Positions 26,069 to 31,011 of a stretch of DNA of 31,011 nt are shown in pieces (position 1 is the stretch's first letter; every line of letters begins with the position of its first letter). The DNA comes from a virus. Taxonomy: Duplodnaviria; Caudoviricetes. The stretch is taken from IMG/VR virus record IMGVR_UViG_3300022923_001986, positions 1 through 31,011 of that record; one strand, 5' to 3'. A program made the position numbers and the translations under genes. Below the pieces are notes generated by a model. It had not been told where the DNA came from and did not search any database. It saw nothing but the letters and a program-made list of their open reading frames with translations.

Positions 26069-26869
26069 ATGAGTAAAAAATTACACTTCGTATCTGGTCT
26101 TCCACGAGCTTGCTCCACACTGCTCTGCAATTTACTTGCACAGAACTCAAGAGTTCACGCTACGCCTACTAGTGCCTTGCACGAAATCGGGTATATAGCT
26201 CGCCAAGTCTTTCAAACAGAGGAAGCAAAAGCTGTAGATATGGAGAAGGTTCTTGAGCCTATGTATTTGGATTACGTTAAGGCTGGATGTGAGAACGCAT
26301 TTAATAGTATCACAGACCGCCCAGTAGTTGTAGACAAGTGTCGTTCTTGGATTGGTCACCTAGATCAACTTTTTAAGGTGTGGCCAGACGCAAAGGTTCT
26401 TGTGCCAGTCCGCGATATACGCGGCATTCTTTCCAGCATGGAAAAGAAACGCCAGCAGCATCCAGAAGTTTTTAACGGAGTGGAGCAACAGAACCCACAA
26501 AACTGGACAACTATCGATAAACGCGCTCAAGGTTGGCTACAAAGCCCCCCAATTGGTATTGCAATCGAGAGATTACATGAAGCTGCCGAAAGATTTGGTG
26601 ATAAATTAATGTTTGTTCATGCTGAAGACTTAACAGAAGACCCACAAAGTGTAATGAATAATGTATGGGAGTTTCTTGGAGAAGAGCCTTTCGTTCACAA
26701 CACTTCCAACGTAGAACAATACACCAAAGAAAATGATGTAGGTTTCCCATATGGGGATCATGTTATTCGCCAAGAAGTAAAACCACTAAAAAAAGATTGG
26801 CACGAAACACTTGGCCGCCAACTCTCAGAACAACTTAACCAAAAATTTAACTGGATCAACGAATTATGA
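26069..26869 (+). CDS. Sulfotransferase (Sulfotransfer_3-like)
   Basis: FVSGLPRACSTLL..LL.QN, VVDKCRSW, KVLVPVRDIRGILSS, HAEDLTEDPQSVM..VWEFLG. Confidence 0.88.
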   Translation: MSKKLHFVSGLPRACSTLLCNLLAQNSRVHATPTSALHEIGYIARQVFQTEEAKAVDMEKVLEPMYLDYVKAGCENAFNSITDRPVVVDKCRSWIGHLDQLFKVWPDAKVLVPVRDIRGILSSMEKKRQQHPEVFNGVEQQNPQNWTTIDKRAQGWLQSPPIGIAIERLHEAAERFGDKLMFVHAEDLTEDPQSVMNNVWEFLGEEPFVHNTSNVEQYTKENDVGFPYGDHVIRQEVKPLKKDWHETLGRQLSEQLNQKFNWINEL

Positions 26870-27444
26870 AAAACGCCCTAATTAACACCGAAACAAGACG
26901 AATCATCGAAGTGCAAGAAGATTCATATGAAGATGGTTATTATGATGTCAACTACCAAGAAGTAGTGCAAATCTCTAATGCAAAAGCTGCAACTTTTGAG
27001 GCTTCAGACGAACCACTTTTTCTGATTAACAATAATATTGTCACTTTTCAAGAAAAGATAGAGATCGAACGACTAGAGCGACGGGAAGAAAGATTTACTG
27101 AATATCCTGATATGTTTAAATCTAGAAAGTTTGCAGAGATTAAAAGAGCTAGAGATGCGGAATATAACTCTATTCTCACGACTAGTGATGGTTTTCAATT
27201 TAAAGCCGACCTAGAAACCATCATCGACACAAAAACAATTATCGAAATCCTGCCAGACGGCGGCTCTTTCCCAGATTATAAAAACGCCGATGGTTCGTAC
27301 AATACAATTTCAAAGGCTCAGTTTCAAACAGCAATTTCGGAAGGTATTCAAAGAAAGTCGGCAGCATTTTCTCGTGAAAAAGAACTTAACGAAGCAATCG
27401 CTAACGCCACTACTTTCGCAGAATTAAGTGCTATTATTTGGTAA
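26866..27444 (+). CDS. DUF4376-like tail-fibre-associated protein
   Basis: EIKRARD...DGFQFKAD...YKNADGS...AF.REKEL...I.NA.T..EL.AI.W C-terminus. Confidence 0.75.
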   Translation: MKNALINTETRRIIEVQEDSYEDGYYDVNYQEVVQISNAKAATFEASDEPLFLINNNIVTFQEKIEIERLERREERFTEYPDMFKSRKFAEIKRARDAEYNSILTTSDGFQFKADLETIIDTKTIIEILPDGGSFPDYKNADGSYNTISKAQFQTAISEGIQRKSAAFSREKELNEAIANATTFAELSAIIW

Positions 27445-27689
27445 TGAGAATAACTATAAAAGCTGACCCCTCAAAATCGAGAGGTAAGTCTTACTATTGG
27501 AATTTAGCCGAGGCTGTGTCGCAAGGACTAGCCTCGGTTTTTGGCTTAAATGCTAATCTAACTTTTTCTGCCTACTGTGGCTACTGGCAACAATTAAATT
27601 TACCAGTAAGAGGAAAATTTTATAAATTTATTAATTTTTTATTTAGAGATAAAAAGCATTGTGAAAATGCTTGGAAGAATTTAACTTGA
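27444..27689 (+). CDS. Small conserved phage protein of the type found after tail-fibre genes
   Basis: TFSAYCG...FINFLF.DKKHC.NAW pattern; ATG overlaps the upstream stop. Confidence 0.65.
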   Translation: MRITIKADPSKSRGKSYYWNLAEAVSQGLASVFGLNANLTFSAYCGYWQQLNLPVRGKFYKFINFLFRDKKHCENAWKNLT

Positions 27690-27713
27690 CAACGTTGTTT
27701 TGTGTGCTATAAT
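27686..27713 (+). promoter_or_regulatory. Strong sigma70-type promoter, leaderless
   Basis: TTGACA-16 nt-TATAAT with extended TGn, 7 nt before ATG 27721. Confidence 0.75.
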
Positions 27714-27720
27714 TAAGCAT

Positions 27721-27912
27721 ATGAATACTACATGGACTGACCAACAACGCGGCGCTTTCTGGAAGAAAGACGGAAAAAATGGCAAGTATCTCGCGGGATA
27801 CGTTGTTATTGATGGCAAGAAGATGCCAGTAACCGTCTTCCCGAATAAGTACAAATCCAAAGATAACCAACCAGAGTTTATCATCTACGAGACTTTTGGA
27901 CAAAATGGATAA
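27721..27912 (+). CDS. DUF736-like small beta protein (possible ssDNA binder)
   Basis: GAFWKK.GK.GKYLAG.V......VFPN..K...QPEFII pattern. Confidence 0.6.
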   Translation: MNTTWTDQQRGAFWKKDGKNGKYLAGYVVIDGKKMPVTVFPNKYKSKDNQPEFIIYETFGQNG

Positions 27913-28132
27913 AAATCTTCAATCAACCTACTGCATGCTTGATTCGTTCGTGCAATCTGGCGAAATAACAGATTTGCGCAAAACTTATTTTGAGAAGATA
28001 GCTCTTCCAGCAATGCGGGAAGTTAATCCAGAGTGGAAGCCCAAAACAATACAAGAGGCTTATTTAATTTTAAAAAATTATCTTAATAAAGAAAAAAGCA
28101 CCAAACCAAACTTTTTTGTTGACATTGATTAA
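27905..28132 (+). CDS. Hypothetical protein
   Basis: 75-aa ORF overlapping the previous stop region. Confidence 0.65.
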   Translation: MDKNLQSTYCMLDSFVQSGEITDLRKTYFEKIALPAMREVNPEWKPKTIQEAYLILKNYLNKEKSTKPNFFVDID

Positions 28133-28146
28133 ATTTTAGGCATTAT
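28119..28146 (+). promoter_or_regulatory. sigma70-type promoter, leaderless
   Basis: TTGACA-16 nt-CATTAT, 7 nt before ATG 28154. Confidence 0.55.
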
Positions 28147-28153
28147 ATGTTGT

Positions 28154-28318
28154 ATGTCTAAAAAAATAAAACCAGGTGCTGATTTAAGAGCGCCGAATGC
28201 AACAAAGAGAAAACTCATGGGACGCTCAAGCGGCGCACTTGTCCACAACGATCATGTCGGTCATTTGGTAACTCCAAAGATTGACAAGGCTATCAAAAAA
28301 AATCTGGATAAGAAATGA
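28154..28318 (+). CDS. Small basic protein, 54 aa (not in the ORF track)
   Basis: MSKKIKPGADLRAPNATKRKLMGRSSG...LDKK*, at the same promoter spacing as other genes. Confidence 0.65.
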   Translation: MSKKIKPGADLRAPNATKRKLMGRSSGALVHNDHVGHLVTPKIDKAIKKNLDKK

Positions 28319-28337
28319 CTGTAAATATAAAACAATT

Positions 28338-28598
28338 ATGATGAGATATAACGAGGTAGAATTTAGACCAGCAACCGTGGACAGGGAAGCCGAGATTGTT
28401 GCTTGGATTTACAATAAAGAATTAGATAAGGAAGCTTGTATCACTCTCTGTTGGATCAAGGAAGATCACGAAGGTTACTATATGAAAACTGTCGGGAATC
28501 GATATGTTGAGTATGACGATATGGAAGCATTGAATCACGTTGCTAAGTATGCAATGAGGTCTTTGAATGTACAATTTGAATTTAAGGAAAGATTATGA
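28338..28598 (+). CDS. Hypothetical protein
   Basis: aattATG start; tiles with its neighbours. Confidence 0.7.
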   Translation: MMRYNEVEFRPATVDREAEIVAWIYNKELDKEACITLCWIKEDHEGYYMKTVGNRYVEYDDMEALNHVAKYAMRSLNVQFEFKERL

Positions 28599-28696
28599 GT
28601 GAAGTAATATATATAATCACCGCAGCAGTTTCAGTTGCTGCATTCTGTAGATTTGTGTGGTGGGTAGTTAATGTTAATCCAGAGAAGAAGAAATAA
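28595..28696 (+). CDS. 33-aa single-TM peptide
   Basis: MSEVIYIITAAVSVAAFCRFVWWVVNVNPEKKK*; ATGA overlap with the upstream stop. Confidence 0.55.
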   Translation: MSEVIYIITAAVSVAAFCRFVWWVVNVNPEKKK

Positions 28697-28698
28697 TT

Positions 28699-28854
28699 AT
28701 GAAAGAAGCACTAAAACTAATCCTTGAAGCAATGGTGTATCGTATTCAACGACAGAAAGCATCTGAAGAAAAGTCTATTGATTCATTTGTATCTCATACT
28801 AAAGCAAAGAAAATCGCACGTGAGCGAATGATTAAAGCAATCGAAGAACTATAA
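28699..28854 (+). CDS. 51-aa hypothetical protein
   Basis: MKEALKLILEAMVYRIQRQK...IEEL*; tiles the gap exactly. Confidence 0.6.
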   Translation: MKEALKLILEAMVYRIQRQKASEEKSIDSFVSHTKAKKIARERMIKAIEEL

Positions 28855-28979
28855 TGAAAAAATCATTCAACGAACGAAAGAACGACAACGGACCACTTCA
28901 GCTACACGAAAAGGTGATCATTAGCTCATTTTCACTATGCATTTTTGTATGCCTCTGTATCTGGTTGAGTTGTCTATAA
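28854..28979 (+). CDS. 41-aa peptide with C-terminal TM segment
   Basis: MKKSFNERK...VIISSFSLCIFVCLCIWLSCL*; TAATG coupling. Confidence 0.55.
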   Translation: MKKSFNERKNDNGPLQLHEKVIISSFSLCIFVCLCIWLSCL

Positions 28980-28982
28980 ATT

Positions 28983-29528
28983 ATGAAAATTACAATAGAG
29001 CATTACGAAGAAATATTTACCTACGAAAGTACCCACGATTCAATGGGTCTGCCAGAACTAACTGATAAGTTTTACGGTCTGTGCATTGCCGCTGGGTATC
29101 ATCCAGATACTGTAGGCGAGTGCTTCTTTGAAAAAGGTCGAGAAATGACAGAGCATCTTTATCCAAATGATAAAGCCGAAGTTAATTTTGATTCTGCTGA
29201 AGATGTAGTGTCTTCGGGTGTCTCTGATCCAATTCAAGGCAGTTGGGCTGGATGGCCATATGTTGTAGTTAAAAGCCGATACAATGAGGATCGAAAATTC
29301 ACTATCATATCTAAGAATTGCGTTGAGTATTCTTTTAAAGATGATGGTCATGTTGGATGTTCTCGAAATGATGATGGGAGTCTAGAGTCAGTTGACCCAA
29401 GTGGTGGACCATATATTTGCTTAGGCACAAATCTCGGTGAAGTTCATAAGGAGTTAGAAGGCTTAACTGTCACGAAGATCAAACGTGATGATTCGAAAAC
29501 AGGGACTTACTATCTCACAGTAAAGTAA
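28983..29528 (+). CDS. Hypothetical protein, apparently two domains
   Basis: 181 aa; GYHPDTV in the N-terminal part, KSRY...VDPSGGPYI in the C-terminal part. Confidence 0.75.
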   Translation: MKITIEHYEEIFTYESTHDSMGLPELTDKFYGLCIAAGYHPDTVGECFFEKGREMTEHLYPNDKAEVNFDSAEDVVSSGVSDPIQGSWAGWPYVVVKSRYNEDRKFTIISKNCVEYSFKDDGHVGCSRNDDGSLESVDPSGGPYICLGTNLGEVHKELEGLTVTKIKRDDSKTGTYYLTVK

Positions 29529-29720
29529 TTCTAAATCTAGCCTTCCAGATGGATAAAAACAATAAGGATTGGGAGAACTCGGTCGAGGCACGCCAACAGA
29601 GCGCGGGAGGGATGCAGGCTACAACGTCCACTTACTCTGAGCAAAAAACCCGCACAATTTTAACTAACGGAAAAGCTATATTATGAACGAATACAAAGAA
29701 AAAATTATGAAATATATATC

Positions 29721-29807
29721 AGAGAACGTGGAGGATAGCCATGCGAAATAAAGACTCAAGCTCAACGCCAGCGCGTAACTCGCATTGGCTAGTCCGTCTG
29801 GTTATCT
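29721..29807 (-). other. attC-like integron recombination site (87 bp)
   Basis: Minus strand: R'' AGATAAC, 5-nt spacer, GGA[C]TAGCCA[A]TGCGA, 33-nt loop, TCGCATGGCTATCC, 5-nt spacer, R' GTTCTCT. 14-bp stem with two extrahelical bases. Confidence 0.8.
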
Positions 29808-29962
29808 ATCTTCTTCCCAAATGGGAGATACGCGAAGAGATGATGTGCGATCAGAAATACTGGATGATTTACCGAGTTTCTTTTCTTGGGTCGTATTTCT
29901 TTGAAAGGTGGAATACCTCCGAAACCGCAGAGATACGAATGCGCGAACTTCAATCAAGATAA
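29727..29962 (-). mobile_element. Integron-type gene cassette, 236 bp
   Basis: The far end (minus strand GTTATCT, 29957-29963) is the exact complement of the cassette's own R'' AGATAAC, and removal restores a reading frame. Confidence 0.75.
29741..29962 (+). CDS. Cassette-borne hypothetical protein, 73 aa
   Basis: ATG lies inside the attC stem and is preceded by GGAGG (29730-29734); the stop TAA lies within the boundary AGATAAC. Confidence 0.65.
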   Translation: MRNKDSSSTPARNSHWLVRLVIYLLPKWEIREEMMCDQKYWMIYRVSFLGSYFFERWNTSETAEIRMRELQSR

Positions 29963-30084
29963 CATTAAACCCTTAGCACTTATCGCGATATGCGGTTGCG
30001 TTGGATACTTTTTAGGTAGTCCCATGACTGGAATGGTAGTTGGAATTACTATCGTAGCAGCTGCTACACTATTACTATAAAATT

Positions 30085-30192
30085 ATGTCACGCTCATGGA
30101 TAGTAAAAAAGGTCGAATGGTGGAAACATCTGAAGTGGCGCAAACGTGACCAGAGCAAAAAAGAGCGCACACAGTCGAAAAAAGATATATAA
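30085..30192 (+). CDS. 35-aa basic Trp-rich peptide
   Basis: MSRSWIVKKVEWWKHLKWRKRDQSKKERTQSKKDI*; aattATG start. Confidence 0.6.
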   Translation: MSRSWIVKKVEWWKHLKWRKRDQSKKERTQSKKDI

Positions 30193-30200
30193 AAACAATT

Positions 30201-30467
30201 ATGAAAGTAAAAATCAAAGCAGAACTAGACGACGAAGCATTTAAGACTGGAGACTTTATTCAGGAATTGGGTAAGATTCAAGACGAGTATTTGGATAAGC
30301 TTGTAGCTAAAGTCAAAAAAGAGAAATGGATCGAAGGTATGGATGATGAAGAAATTCGTGATTGGCTATTTGATTACTGTTTTAATGGTTGGAATAATGA
30401 TAAAGACGGATTCGAAGATACATTCACGGAGTGTATCGATAAGTGTTCGAAATACGAAGTAGAGTAA
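30201..30467 (+). CDS. Acidic hypothetical protein
   Basis: 88-aa ORF, aattATG start, WLFDYCFN. Confidence 0.75.
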   Translation: MKVKIKAELDDEAFKTGDFIQELGKIQDEYLDKLVAKVKKEKWIEGMDDEEIRDWLFDYCFNGWNNDKDGFEDTFTECIDKCSKYEVE

Positions 30468-30482
30468 ATATCAAAAATTCGC

Positions 30483-30511
30483 TTGACAATTTTAAAAATT
30501 GCAAATAAAGT
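30483..30511 (+). promoter_or_regulatory. sigma70-type promoter
   Basis: TTGACA-17 nt-TAAAGT in the intergenic region before ATG 30521. Confidence 0.5.
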
Positions 30512-30520
30512 ATATAAATT

Positions 30521-30781
30521 ATGAAAAAAGTAAAAATAGTAAAACCCGCAGAATTAACATATCAGAAAACTGTTCACACTTTAGATGTAGAGGTTGATGG
30601 TGTAGTGTATAGGGCTTACAGAGTGGAAGATTGTAATGCCGCTGACACCGAGTTTGACGAGCGCGATAATGTTCCTCTCGAAATACAGCAAGTTATCAAC
30701 GCTTTGTTTTGGAATGATGAATATACGATGACTGACATCGTGGGCGGAGAAGTATTTGAAGTCGATCCAGATGAGTATTAA
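30521..30781 (+). CDS. Acidic hypothetical protein
   Basis: 86-aa ORF. Confidence 0.75.
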   Translation: MKKVKIVKPAELTYQKTVHTLDVEVDGVVYRAYRVEDCNAADTEFDERDNVPLEIQQVINALFWNDEYTMTDIVGGEVFEVDPDEY

Positions 30782-30935
30782 ATTTAAACATTTTGTTGGG
30801 GCGAACAACATCCTAATTAAATTTGAAGATGGACGCGTTAAGCTGTTGCCCAAAGAATACATCTCTGTGTACAACCAAATAAATCAATCACAAATAAAAG
30901 AAAAACATATTAAAAATTTTTTAAATAATAAATAA
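30771..30935 (+). CDS. 54-aa hypothetical protein
   Basis: MSIKFKHFVGANNILIKFEDGRVKLLPK...NNK*; fills the gap between neighbours. Confidence 0.55.
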   Translation: MSIKFKHFVGANNILIKFEDGRVKLLPKEYISVYNQINQSQIKEKHIKNFLNNK

Positions 30936-30940
30936 AAAAA

Positions 30941-31011
30941 ATGAAAAGAAAATTCAAAATTGTAGCTGCTGGTTATGGCGGCGAGTTTGCACTCTGCACT
31001 AAAGACGCAGA
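30941..31011 (+). CDS. Hypothetical protein, 3'-truncated by window edge
   Basis: MKRKFKIVAAGYGGEFALCTKDA..., open to the end of the window. Confidence 0.55.
   Translation, partial: MKRKFKIVAAGYGGEFALCTKDA

Larger units (their letters stand above)
29683..30080 (+). pseudogene. 53-aa membrane protein gene split by cassette insertion (29683-29727 plus 29964-30080)
   Basis: Joining at the duplicated AAC gives MNEYKEKIMKYISEN-IKPLALIAICGCVGYFLGSPMTGMVVGITIVAAATLLL*. The 3' part has no plausible start of its own. Confidence 0.75.

Noticed and set aside
29572-29596. Second attC beginning GAGAACTCGGTCGAGGCACGCC
   Set aside because: It shares GAGAAC with the real site, but I found no complementary arm ending in GTT. 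At most a remnant.
29597-29653. Assignment as HDV-like/theta ribozyme, preQ1 or SAH riboswitch
   Set aside because: The topology is reminiscent but stem lengths and conserved nucleotides do not match any of them. Kept only as an unassigned structure.
29886-30080. 64-aa TTG-start ORF in the track
   Set aside because: Better explained as the orphaned 3' half of the gene interrupted by the cassette.
298-30874. Short antisense or alternate-frame ORFs in the track (e.g. 298-534, 8266-8622, 13088-13348, 17399-17869, 24130-25223, 29058-29351, 30581-30874)
   Set aside because: They lie wholly within well-supported genes on the other strand or frame and show no recognisable motifs; treated as shadow ORFs.

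Overview
AT-rich segment of a large tailed dsDNA phage genome (standard genetic code; no rRNA, tRNA or CRISPR seen). From left to right: (i) a replication/recombination block with a PD-(D/E)XK nuclease, a DNA polymerase III-like enzyme split into PHP, DEDDh exonuclease and DnaE-core genes, a one-ring Clp ATPase, a kinase-fold protein with both catalytic Asp replaced by Asn, and a Whirly-like protein; (ii) glycosyltransferases, a possible strand-annealing protein and a GNAT; (iii) a minus-strand lambda-like tail-tip module L-K-I-J; (iv) two sulfotransferases bracketing three paralogous BspA-type LRR genes (4, 18 and 3 repeats), followed by DUF4376; (v) an accessory region of small ORFs. The most striking signal is a 236-bp integron-type gene cassette (about 29727-29962). 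It has a canonical attC hairpin and is inserted into a small membrane-protein gene whose frame is restored exactly on excision; no integrase is present in the window. Two classes of apparently leaderless promoter motif recur: TTGACA-like hexamers 35 nt before ATG, and GTGTAA-N8-10-ATG. All protein-family calls come from motif recognition by eye, not from database searches.
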